64,000 nt of DNA from assembly GCA_963840455.1 (NCBI GenBank), contig CAWIYV010000007.1, positions 1 through 64,000 of the forward strand. Reading direction: 5' to 3'. A program made the translations under genes and the position numbers. Positions 42,966-51,429 of the stretch are shown one piece after another. A model generated the notes under the pieces. The model did not search any database and was not told the DNA's origin. It was given only the letters and a program-made list of their open reading frames with translations. How positions within the stretch are numbered: the first letter of the stretch is position 1; each line of letters opens with the position of its first letter. The DNA comes from Nitrospirota bacterium. Lineage in GTDB: Bacteria; Nitrospirota; UBA9217.

Positions 42966-44816
42966 TCAGGTGACGAGCGTCGTTTCGGCTGATGCTGTCC
43001 TGTTCCGGAGAAAATCCTGGGTGAACTGGCCCATTGCCTGCACCAGGATCTTTTCCGTATCCTCGGACAGGTCTTTCAGCTCTTGAATGCTGTGCAAGGC
43101 AGCCGGGTACTGGGTCTCCATGAAGGAAAAAAGCGCCTCTTCATAGGTCTTGACCTGGTCGGCCGGCACCGCATCAAGAAGGCCATGGACCGCTGCGTAG
43201 AGGATCACGATCTGCTTCTCCAGCGACAGCGGGTCATGCTGGTCCTGCTTCAGCACCTCCCGTTCCCGCTCACCGCGGGTCAGTTGATCCAAGGTAGCCT
43301 GGTCGACCTCCGCGCCGAACTTGACGAATTGTGCCATCTCCTGGTACTGGGCCAGATCAATGCGCAGGCGGCCGGCCACTTTCTTCATCACCCGGGTCTG
43401 GGCCATGCCGCCGACCCGCGAAACGGACAGCCCCACATCCATCGCCGGACGGAAGCCTTCGTTGAACAGGCCTGTATCAAGGAAGATCTGCCCGTCGCAG
43501 ATGGAAATGACATTGGTCGGGATAAAGGCCGAGATATCTCCTCCCAGGGTCTCGATGATGGGCAGCGCGGTAAGGGAGCCGCCGCCAAGATCTTCCCGGA
43601 GGCAGGCGGCTCGCTCCAGCAGGCGGGCGTGGACATAGAAGATGTCGCCGGGATAGGCTTCGCGCCCGATCGGCCGCTTTAAGAGTGCCGAGATCTCCCG
43701 GTAGGTGACCGCATGCTTGCTCAGGTCATCATAAATGACGAGGGCATGACCGCCGCTGTCCATGATGTCCTCGCCGATGGCGCAGGCCGCATAGGGGACC
43801 AGGTAGCGGAATGCAGGCTCTTCGTGAGAAAAGGCCACGACAATTATGGTGTACCCCATGGCACCTTGTTCTTGGAGCGTGCGGACCACGCGAGCCACGG
43901 TTGACGCTTTCTGGCCGATGGCCGCGTAGATGCATATGATGCCGGCATCCTTCTGGCTCAAAATGGTGTCAATGGCTATCGTCGTCTTGCCGATCTTGCG
44001 GTCGCCGAGGATCAGCTCGCGCTGGCCACGACCCAGGGGAACGAGGGCATCGATGATCTTGATCCCCGTGTGCAGCGGTTCGATCACCGGGTGACGCTCG
44101 ACGACTCCTGGTGCGATCCGTTCAACCGGCCGGACCCGTTCCGAATCGACCGGACCCTTTCCATCGATCGGCTGACCGAGGGCGTTCAGGATGCGGCCCT
44201 TGAGCGCTGGACCCGCGGGGATCTGCAGCAAACGGCCGGTCCTTTCCACCACGCTTCCTTCCTGGATCTCCGCCTCGGGGCCAAGCAGCAGGCACCCCAC
44301 GGAGTCCCGCAGCAGATTGAAGGCAATGCCGTAAACATCGTGCCGGAATCGGACGACCTCCTGAGCGCCCACACTGCGAAGTCCGGAGACGATCGCGATG
44401 CCATCACCGACCTGGATGACCTCCCCGGTGTCTGACAGCTCTTCGACGCGGAGACGCGGCTCGGTCTTCTCGATGATCCTTGCCAGATGAGCGGCCGTCT
44501 CGTCGACCGTCGTCAGCCCTTCCCGCCTCGCCGCTGCGAACTGCGACTCCAGTTCTCCCAGAAGCCTCCGGCGCAGATCGAGGTCGATCTTTTTCTCGCG
44601 CCCCAAGACCAGTCGGGCGCCCACGTCGAGATGAGGATTCACGCTCACCTCGAGGGAGATCTCGCGACCCGCTGCCGCCGACAGCTGTTCCCTGATGCGA
44701 TCGATGAGCTGGGGATCAAGAGGTATCTGGGTCTCCAGGAGCACAACAGGCTCGCGCAGACCTTTGAGAAGGGGGCCCAGATCGGAATCTGCTGGAGTAT
44801 GACGGCTCTCTGTCAT
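42966..44816 (-). CDS. atpA: F1 ATP synthase alpha subunit with an N-terminal delta-C-like domain
   Basis: VGDGIA, GRGQRELILGDRKIGKT, YDDLSKHA, GREAYPGD, PTNVISICDGQ; ~95 extra N-terminal residues; RBS AAGGGA before ATG 44816. Confidence 0.95.
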   Translation of the reverse strand: MTESRHTPADSDLGPLLKGLREPVVLLETQIPLDPQLIDRIREQLSAAAGREISLEVSVNPHLDVGARLVLGREKKIDLDLRRRLLGELESQFAAARREGLTTVDETAAHLARIIEKTEPRLRVEELSDTGEVIQVGDGIAIVSGLRSVGAQEVVRFRHDVYGIAFNLLRDSVGCLLLGPEAEIQEGSVVERTGRLLQIPAGPALKGRILNALGQPIDGKGPVDSERVRPVERIAPGVVERHPVIEPLHTGIKIIDALVPLGRGQRELILGDRKIGKTTIAIDTILSQKDAGIICIYAAIGQKASTVARVVRTLQEQGAMGYTIIVVAFSHEEPAFRYLVPYAACAIGEDIMDSGGHALVIYDDLSKHAVTYREISALLKRPIGREAYPGDIFYVHARLLERAACLREDLGGGSLTALPIIETLGGDISAFIPTNVISICDGQIFLDTGLFNEGFRPAMDVGLSVSRVGGMAQTRVMKKVAGRLRIDLAQYQEMAQFVKFGAEVDQATLDQLTRGEREREVLKQDQHDPLSLEKQIVILYAAVHGLLDAVPADQVKTYEEALFSFMETQYPAALHSIQELKDLSEDTEKILVQAMGQFTQDFLRNRTASAETTLVT

Positions 44817-44828
44817 GGTTGCTGTCCC

Positions 44829-44913
44829 TTGAATCCAGGAGCGAGCGATTAGAATAAATAGTACTACCTTGCGGATCGAAGATTGTCTGCAGCCTGCTGC
44901 AGAGAGCTTCAAT
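44829..44913 (+). repeat. Internally deleted copy of the 111-bp repeat inside the atp operon
   Basis: aatccaggagcgagcgattagaataa...ccttgcggatcgaagattgtctgcagcctgctgcagagagcttcaat; first hairpin lost between two gcgagcg. Confidence 0.85.
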
Positions 44914-44933
44914 CCATAGTGCGCCGGAGATCG

Positions 44934-45473
44934 TCAGGGATGGGATGACGCGTTTTCCATCTCCTTCAGGCTGGCCATGATGAGCTTTTGCGTCACTGTC
45001 CGGCGCTCGCTTTCCGTCAGCGATTCTTCGATGTAGCGGCGGGAGACCAGTGTGATGAGCGTGATCAGCTCTTCCGATGCTTCGCTGCCCACCCTGCTTT
45101 TTTCGGTATCAATGGTCTGCCGGGCCTGGAGAAGGATGGCGTCGGCTTCCTGTTCCGCCTGTTCCAGGCCGGCCTGTCGTTCGGTGTCCGCGGTGATCCT
45201 CGCCGCTTCTACGGTCAGCCGGGCTTCGTCACGGGCCTCGGTCTTCAGCAGGCTGGCCCGGTGCTGGGCCTCGGCATAGGCGGTATCCGCTTGGTCGGCC
45301 TTTTGGACCTCAGCGGCGATGCGGTCGCGTCTCGTTGTCAGATGGGTCCCCACGGACCGGCGCACGAAATACCGGATGATGACGACAAGGAGAACAAATT
45401 GCACGAGCTCGATCGCAAACCGGAGCGGTTCCCCGGTGATCTCGTGGAGCACTTCCTGGATCAGTTCGCTCAT
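44934..45473 (-). CDS. atpF: Fo subunit b
   Basis: Single TM (ELVQFVLLVVIIRYF), RRDRI, Ala/Glu-rich coiled coil. Confidence 0.88.
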   Translation of the reverse strand: MSELIQEVLHEITGEPLRFAIELVQFVLLVVIIRYFVRRSVGTHLTTRRDRIAAEVQKADQADTAYAEAQHRASLLKTEARDEARLTVEAARITADTERQAGLEQAEQEADAILLQARQTIDTEKSRVGSEASEELITLITLVSRRYIEESLTESERRTVTQKLIMASLKEMENASSHP

Positions 45474-45976
45474 GGATATTTCACCGCTCCTCTCGCTGCC
45501 AGGACCCGGTTGACCACGAACCGGAGCGTTTCCTCACTGACCTCAGGGATCATCTTGGCCAGGGTCTGCCTGCTGCATGTCAGGAGACGATCTTTCAGCT
45601 TGGCCTGCTCCTCATCCTTGAGACGGGCGACCTCCTCCCGCCCCGTGGCAAGGATGCTCTCGGCCTCGGCACGGGCCTTGGCACGCCTTGATTCCTGTGT
45701 CCTGGCTAGTTCTCCCTTGACCTCTTCATGCATCTGCTCTGCCGCATGTGATGCCTCGGCCGCTATCCTCCGTGCCTCTTCCTGCGCCTGCTCGGTCACT
45801 GAGCGTGCTTCCTCATACCGCGCTCGCGCCTTCTCCAGTTTGACGGCCCTTTTTTCCATGACAGTAAGCAGGGGCGTGAAGAACACCTTGCGCAGGATGC
45901 CATAGGTCGCAAGAAAGATGAACGCCATCGCGACCATGGTGATCCAATTCAGCTGTTCCAGCGGATTGAGATCCAT
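45470..45976 (-). CDS. Fo subunit b' (second b-type subunit)
   Basis: LNWIT...FLATYGILRKVFFTPLLTVMEKR, coiled coil. Confidence 0.88.
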   Translation of the reverse strand: MDLNPLEQLNWITMVAMAFIFLATYGILRKVFFTPLLTVMEKRAVKLEKARARYEEARSVTEQAQEEARRIAAEASHAAEQMHEEVKGELARTQESRRAKARAEAESILATGREEVARLKDEEQAKLKDRLLTCSRQTLAKMIPEVSEETLRFVVNRVLAARGAVKYP

Positions 45977-46003
45977 ATGCCGACCTCGGTGATCGTGGAG
46001 GGA

Positions 46004-46231
46004 TCAGATCTTTGCCGCCACCATCAGCGCGATGACCAGGCAGTAGATGACCAGCGCCTCGACCAGGGCCATGGCGACCAGCATGGCGGTAAAGAGCTGA
46101 GGCGCTATTTCCGGCTGCCGGGTCATGCCCTCGATGGCAGCATGGGAGATCTTTCTCATGGCAAAGGCGGCAGCGATGGCGGCCGGCACGATGGTGAGTG
46201 TCGGGATGAACACTATGAGGATTGCCTGCAT
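46004..46231 (-). CDS. atpE: Fo subunit c (atypical)
   Basis: Loop EGMTRQPE, ALVEALVIY with the conserved Glu; RBS GGGGG. Confidence 0.93.
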   Translation of the reverse strand: MQAILIVFIPTLTIVPAAIAAAFAMRKISHAAIEGMTRQPEIAPQLFTAMLVAMALVEALVIYCLVIALMVAAKI

Positions 46232-46292
46232 TGATCTTCCCCCTTTCTGCATGTCAGGTTCGCCGCGTAAGCAATCTGTGTCTATGACGGGC

Positions 46293-47009
46293 TCACGTCC
46301 CGGTCCGGGCCGGTTCGGACGACGGCGGTCCGACCGTCGAAGGCTCCTGACGGTTTATGGTGTGAGGTCCTTTCTTTTCGCCATGGACGGCTTCAGCCAG
46401 GAAGTTCGCTGTCAGCAAGGTGAAGACCATCGGCTGGATGAAGGCCGGTATCAGGCCCAGGGCGTGAATGACCAGGGGTATCCCGTAGGGAGCTGCTTTG
46501 GTAACGAGCAGGACGACCAGGAACTCTCCCCCGATATTGCCGAACAACCGAAGGGACAACGAGAGCGTGTCCCCGATCTGCGAGATGATCTGGAGCGGAT
46601 TGGGCCAGAAAAGATGTTTGAGGGAGCCGGCGATCCCTTTGAACCTGGAGCTCAGGACGGTGATCCCGATCATGGCGATCAGGGCCAGCGTCAGGGGGCC
46701 GCTGTAGTAAGCGGTCGGCGGGATGTTGATGACCGGGATTGACAAAATGCACAACAGGTTGGAGAACAAAATGAACAGGAACAGGCTGGCGAGGAACGGC
46801 GCGATTACCGGCACGCCGTCAGGGCGCATGTCCCGGGCAAGCCGCACAAACCATTCGAGGACGAACTCAGCGGCATTCTGCGACCCATCGGGCACCTCAG
46901 TCAGTGCACGCCGGGTCGTCATGAAGGCCAGCGCGATCAGGACCAGCGCCACGAGCGCGAAATTGACGATCACAATGTAGGGGAGCAAGTGCCGTATTGC
47001 CTCAGGCAT
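46293..47009 (-). CDS. atpB: Fo subunit a
   Basis: PDGSQNAAE, LFILFSNL, PPTA, SLSLRLFGN, IQPMVFTLL. Confidence 0.93.
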   Translation of the reverse strand: MPEAIRHLLPYIVIVNFALVALVLIALAFMTTRRALTEVPDGSQNAAEFVLEWFVRLARDMRPDGVPVIAPFLASLFLFILFSNLLCILSIPVINIPPTAYYSGPLTLALIAMIGITVLSSRFKGIAGSLKHLFWPNPLQIISQIGDTLSLSLRLFGNIGGEFLVVLLVTKAAPYGIPLVIHALGLIPAFIQPMVFTLLTANFLAEAVHGEKKGPHTINRQEPSTVGPPSSEPARTGT

Positions 47010-47037
47010 GGCCCACCTCCGGCATTCGATGCCATCT

Positions 47038-47247
47038 TCACCATTCCTTCTTCAGCCGCATCATGTCACGGACAGCCAGGCTGAAGGCGATCAGGATACC
47101 GGCGCTGGTAATGAACGGAAAGGTGGTGAACCACTTGTCCAGGCCGTATCCGATGGCACCGCCCGCAGCTATATAGCTGGGGATCAACGACCAGATGGCG
47201 ACGATCTTAAGCAGCTTTGTCGAGAGCAGGCTTTTCATGGCTCGCAT
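47038..47247 (-). CDS. AtpZ/AtpQ-like (ATPase gene1) small membrane protein
   Basis: GGAIGYGLDKWFTTFP motif upstream of subunit a. Confidence 0.85.
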   Translation of the reverse strand: MRAMKSLLSTKLLKIVAIWSLIPSYIAAGGAIGYGLDKWFTTFPFITSAGILIAFSLAVRDMMRLKKEW

Positions 47248-47746
47248 GCTCCTTCATTTCCGGCGGCACGACCTGGACCGGTCCCTTGGCCTCTTCGACC
47301 GTCGGCACCTTCACCGGCATATGCCGCCAGAACTTCACGAGGAAGAGGGCTCCGATAAGAGCGGCCGTCGCATAGACCACAAATGGCAGCAACGCCGCGC
47401 TCGAGGCTTCAAATGCCCGCGGGTCGCTTCCCGCGAGGAGGGCCAGATACCCTGCCACTCCCGGAAGTATCAATACGCCCAGAAGAAGGGTAATCAAGGC
47501 CCTGTTCTGGAGTGAGGTCACTATTCCTGCTGCAAGGCAGATGCCGGTCAGGAATCCCAGCATGCAGGAAAGAACAAATTTCGACCATCCAAAGAAGCTG
47601 GTCAGGAATAGCAGAACGCCGAGCAATCCTCCGACCGTCACTATGGTCCAGAGCAGTCTGACGATCAAGGCCAGAAGATATCTGTTCCGCGCTTTCGTTC
47701 GTGCTTCTGCACCGGCTTCATCATCAAAAAAATTCGCCTGTTCCAC
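47207..47746 (-). CDS. Four-TM membrane protein, first gene of the atp operon (possibly AtpI-like)
   Basis: GTG start with RBS GGGAG, four hydrophobic segments, overlaps the next gene. Confidence 0.75.
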   Translation of the reverse strand: MEQANFFDDEAGAEARTKARNRYLLALIVRLLWTIVTVGGLLGVLLFLTSFFGWSKFVLSCMLGFLTGICLAAGIVTSLQNRALITLLLGVLILPGVAGYLALLAGSDPRAFEASSAALLPFVVYATAALIGALFLVKFWRHMPVKVPTVEEAKGPVQVVPPEMKEHASHEKPALDKAA

Positions 47747-47949
47747 GATGGTTCTCCCACGTTCTTCCTGGACAGAAAAGAACGCTATCCTATTCTATTG
47801 AGAAAACAAGATGTTGCAGAAAGTACGGGGAGCAGGATGGATGGTAACAGGAAGGGTAGGTGTGCGCCTTTTTCGCTTCGCCTGCCGGTCCGGCAGCTCC
47901 GCCAAATAGCAACACCTTGCTCGAGATAAGAAATGTCGGCTGTACTTAG

Positions 47950-47978
47950 AGTATAGCAAGCGCCTACCGGTCCGTCAA
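47950..47978 (-). promoter_or_regulatory. Sigma70-type promoter for the atp operon
   Basis: TTGACG-N17-TATACT with extended -10 TG, ~200 nt upstream of GTG 47746. Confidence 0.65.
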
Positions 47979-48170
47979 TGAGACTTTCCGAACGACCCCT
48001 CTGTCACGGAGAGTGGAGGGCAGAGCGAAATTTCCGTCGGTATGGCAATCCCGGGAAAACGCAGGTGGGGGGGAAAGCATGATGACCGTTTAGGGGCAAA
48101 TCTCACTTCATAGAACGAAGAATTGCATTTCCGGACGCTCTTCAGATATACTTGATCCATACAAAGGCCC

Positions 48171-48977
48171 ATGATCGCTGATAACAAAATAAAAAGAACA
48201 AGCAAGCTCCGGCTTGATCGATATCTCTTTGAGCGTGGGTTGGTGCAGAGCCGCGAACAGGGACAGGCGCTGATCCTGGCTGGCCAGGTGCTGGTGAACG
48301 GCCAGAAGAAGGACAAGGCCGGCACGCTCGTGGCTGATGATGCCGACATACGGATCCTTGGCGAGCAGATGCCCTATGTCAGCAGAGGCGGGCTGAAGCT
48401 CGAGGCAGCATTGCGGGAATTCAGCATCGATGTCACTGGCACGACGGCCCTTGACGCGGGGGCTTCGACGGGCGGCTTCACCGATTGCCTGCTGCAGCAT
48501 GGAGCGATGAAGGTCTATGCCGTCGATGTCGGATACGGACAGATGGCATGGAAGATCCGGCAGGATCCGCGGATCGTCGTCATCGAACGGACCAATGTTC
48601 GCGATATTGATCCGGCGCTTGTTCCGGAAAAGGTCGATATCATTGTCATCGATGTGTCGTTCATTTCCCTGGAGAAGGTCATTCCGTCGGTCCTGCGGTT
48701 CCTGAAACCGTCGGCCGGGATCGTCGCGCTCATCAAGCCGCAATTCGAGGTAGGAAAAGGACAGGTCGGAAAAGGCGGGATAGTGCGCGACGAGGCGGCC
48801 AGAAACACTGTTGTTGAAAAGGTAAGGACGGCATTTCAGAGCGCCGGACTCGATGTCCAGGGCATTATCCCGTCTCCCATTACCGGACAGGACGGCAACG
48901 TGGAGTATCTTATCTACGCGGTCATGCGGCCGGCGAACTCCTCGCCCAGCACTACGATCGATCCCATGTCCGGATAA
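48171..48977 (+). CDS. tlyA: TlyA family rRNA methyltransferase
   Basis: S4 domain RLD, YVSRGGLKL, GASTGGFTD, DVSFISL, LIKPQFE, DGNVE. Confidence 0.95.
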   Translation: MIADNKIKRTSKLRLDRYLFERGLVQSREQGQALILAGQVLVNGQKKDKAGTLVADDADIRILGEQMPYVSRGGLKLEAALREFSIDVTGTTALDAGASTGGFTDCLLQHGAMKVYAVDVGYGQMAWKIRQDPRIVVIERTNVRDIDPALVPEKVDIIVIDVSFISLEKVIPSVLRFLKPSAGIVALIKPQFEVGKGQVGKGGIVRDEAARNTVVEKVRTAFQSAGLDVQGIIPSPITGQDGNVEYLIYAVMRPANSSPSTTIDPMSG

Positions 48978-49085
48978 TTATCCCCGGGGTCTTATGTTGA
49001 TGCAACTTGCGCTGATCTATATGCGCTATACTTAAGAGAAGAAAAAAGTATTGCTAAAATCGAAAGGATCGTGGAGGAAGTAGCC

Positions 49086-49325
49086 ATGAAAGAATGTCCG
49101 CCTGATCAGGTTCGGATCGCCCGTGAGATACTCGATTATCTGTCCCGTCAACCCGATGCTGAGGATACTCTTGAGGGGATCATGCAGTATCGGTTGCCAG
49201 CTGGAGCAACAAGCAAGCAAACGACGCTTGTAAAGGAAGTCGTGGCCGACCTTGTCACTCAAGGCCTGATCGAGAAAGTAAAGAAGCAGGACCGTACGCT
49301 GTACCGCGTAAAGTCCAGGCCCTAA
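49086..49325 (+). CDS. Small winged-helix-like hypothetical protein
   Basis: EILDYLSRQPDAEDTLEGI...LVTQGLI...LYRV; RBS GGAGG. Confidence 0.7.
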   Translation: MKECPPDQVRIAREILDYLSRQPDAEDTLEGIMQYRLPAGATSKQTTLVKEVVADLVTQGLIEKVKKQDRTLYRVKSRP

Positions 49326-49385
49326 AGAGCACATAAAACTTCATCGCTGTTGCCGTATCGAACTAGCCTTGTGGTCAGGAGTTGC

Positions 49386-50174
49386 CTACCCTGTCATTCT
49401 CCCAGCGAACTCCTCGCCCAGCACCACGATGGACTCGATGTCCAGGTAGCGGTTCACATGCTTGTCCAGCAGGAGCTTGCACTGGGCGGGAAAATCCTCA
49501 GCCGGGACAGCATCATAGAACTGAAGCAGAACAGGATACCGCGGAAAGAACCGGAACTCATAGGCCGCATCATGGTTCCCTTTGACCGTTGACCGCACGC
49601 CGCTCAGCCGCTCGCATGCCTGTTTCAATCCCTCGACATTTCCCGTGAAGTGCCTCGCGATGACCTCCTCGACGTGTCCCGCCCAAGCCTTGTCCTTGGC
49701 GTGGGACGCAGGCACCGAGCTGAAGGTGATCCACTCCCCGGCGGGAACGGGAGGATCAGGCATCAAGAGGTGATTATAGATCAGGATGGAGATGAAGGGG
49801 ACCGGCTCCTTACCGTCCTTATCGGCGATCCGCTCCTTGGTGATCCGGTATTTGTCGCCCAGGAAGGTCAGTTCAATGGTGTCAGGTCCGATGACGTCCG
49901 CACCAAAAAACGTGGCTGTCTTCGCGAAATCGAGGGCTGCGATCTTCGGTTTGAGGCTGATGAGGGCCTGTTCATAGACCGTTCCGCGCGCCGCTGGCTG
50001 CTCCGCCAGTTCTCCTGCGAGGGCCGCCTTTGCTTCTGCGCTCAGGTTCGCGCAGGCGGTGATGGATGCCATGCGGCTGGCGACCTTCGTCGCGAAACCG
50101 AAGCAGGTGGGCATGCCGCAGGTCCCGCAGTTCGTCTTGGGCAGGAGCCTGTAAATGTCAACAGCGGTCTTCAT
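49386..50174 (-). CDS. Fe-S binding domain + DUF3786 protein
   Basis: LPKTNCGTCGMPTCFGFA...C; C-terminal FPRYPV...EDFPAQCKLL. Confidence 0.85.
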   Translation of the reverse strand: MKTAVDIYRLLPKTNCGTCGMPTCFGFATKVASRMASITACANLSAEAKAALAGELAEQPAARGTVYEQALISLKPKIAALDFAKTATFFGADVIGPDTIELTFLGDKYRITKERIADKDGKEPVPFISILIYNHLLMPDPPVPAGEWITFSSVPASHAKDKAWAGHVEEVIARHFTGNVEGLKQACERLSGVRSTVKGNHDAAYEFRFFPRYPVLLQFYDAVPAEDFPAQCKLLLDKHVNRYLDIESIVVLGEEFAGRMTG

Positions 50175-50180
50175 GAGATA

Positions 50181-50209
50181 ACATTACCGCCATTCAGCGT
50201 TCCTGTCAA
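50181..50209 (-). promoter_or_regulatory. Sigma70 promoter, probably leaderless
   Basis: TTGACA-N17-TAATGT, ATG 6 nt downstream, no RBS. Confidence 0.55.
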
Positions 50210-50321
50210 ATGATGCAGATCATAGTGAGGCAGGCGACGAAGCGCAGAGAACAGGGGCTGGAGTGGGGAAAAGGAGACGCGGGGAAAGGACAGGAGACCA
50301 GAGAATAGAGACTGGAAAACA

Positions 50322-51170
50322 TCATCCCTTTGGCCATTGCTCCATCACAGTTCCCTTATCATCGTATTTGCAGGCCGACATGAAAGCATCATGGTAAAAG
50401 GTGAACCATGCGCTTTTTCCCACACCGTACTTGATCCATTGCTCTTTCTGGGCGATAGCATCCAAGGGATAGTTGTCGTACGCCATGACCCAGAGGGGAT
50501 TGGCGTGGGCGTGGGTCGGCAGGAGGTCTGCCAGGTGGAGCGCCATCTCGCCTTGTGACGCAAGCTTCACGATCTGATGGCCGTTGTTGTGCCCGCCTGT
50601 ATGGACGACCGAGATCCCCGGAAGCACCTCCCGCTCTCCCTCGAACAGTTCCAGGTTCGCGCTGCTCCGCATCAACTCGTTGTTGATCGGCCAGTAGGTG
50701 TTGATGTTCCGAATGTTCGGGTTCAGGACGTCCTCCCATTCCTTCTTCTGGAGGATATGCTTCGCCTTCGGGAAGGTAAGGCCGAGGTCCCCATTGTCCT
50801 CCTGCATGATGACGCCCCCGGCATGGTCGAAGTCGTAATGGGTCAGGATGACGTAGCCGATGTCCTCGCGTCCGATGCCGAGCTGCTTGAGCTCCTCGAC
50901 GATCGACCAATCCTCCTTGATCCGGAATATCTTCTTCTGCTTGTCCGTGATCTTGTTCCCGAGCCCCGATTCGATGAGGACGAGCGCGTTTGGCGTCCTG
51001 ACCAGGATGGGCCATGCGGTCAGGGGAATGTAGTTGTCCTCTGTCGGAGGGTACTTCTTCTGCCACAGGACCTTGGGCACGACGCCGAACATGGCGCCGC
51101 CGTCAAGTTCGAACCTGCCGCCGTTCAGCCAGGTCAAATCGAAGTCGCCGATCTTGAACCCGGTTCTCAT
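50322..51170 (-). CDS. MBL-fold metallohydrolase, YtnP-like
   Basis: LDGGAMFGVVPK, THYDFDHAGG, GGHNNGH, ADL, HD. Confidence 0.9.
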   Translation of the reverse strand: MRTGFKIGDFDLTWLNGGRFELDGGAMFGVVPKVLWQKKYPPTEDNYIPLTAWPILVRTPNALVLIESGLGNKITDKQKKIFRIKEDWSIVEELKQLGIGREDIGYVILTHYDFDHAGGVIMQEDNGDLGLTFPKAKHILQKKEWEDVLNPNIRNINTYWPINNELMRSSANLELFEGEREVLPGISVVHTGGHNNGHQIVKLASQGEMALHLADLLPTHAHANPLWVMAYDNYPLDAIAQKEQWIKYGVGKSAWFTFYHDAFMSACKYDDKGTVMEQWPKG

Positions 51171-51215
51171 GGTATTCTCCTTATCCGTCTAAAGGAAAGT
51201 GCGGAAAATTCATTA

Positions 51216-51303
51216 TCGCCAAGGCGCGAAGGATGCGAAGGGAAGTAAGAAAAGAGGTCATCAAGGAGAGGATCCCTTCGCGCTCTTTGCGCCTTCGCGG
51301 TGA
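51216..51303. repeat. Nonamer-period palindromic element (CGCGAAG family)
   Basis: cgccaaggcgcgaaggatgcgaaggg facing cccttcgcgctctttgcgccttcgcggtga. Confidence 0.75.
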
Positions 51304-51328
51304 AGACGTTAATATGTTATCCTACGTG

Positions 51329-51354
51329 AAAAAAATGCGGCCCGAAGGCCGCAT
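51329..51354 (-). terminator. Intrinsic terminator after prpE
   Basis: atgcggcc-ttcg-ggccgcat followed by ttttttt on the minus strand. Confidence 0.8.
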
Positions 51355-51429
51355 CCCGGATAACAACAATTTGAGAATGTGAGAAGGCGCAAAGTTACGC
51401 AAACGAGATCCCTTTCATGCCTGTTCCCG

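Noticed and set aside
44817-44912. Longer alpha start at 44912
   Set aside because: The extension is translated repeat DNA; a good RBS precedes ATG 44816
47750-47945. Na+ or Li+ riboswitch in the atp leader
   Set aside because: I could not match the consensus by eye; an Infernal search is needed
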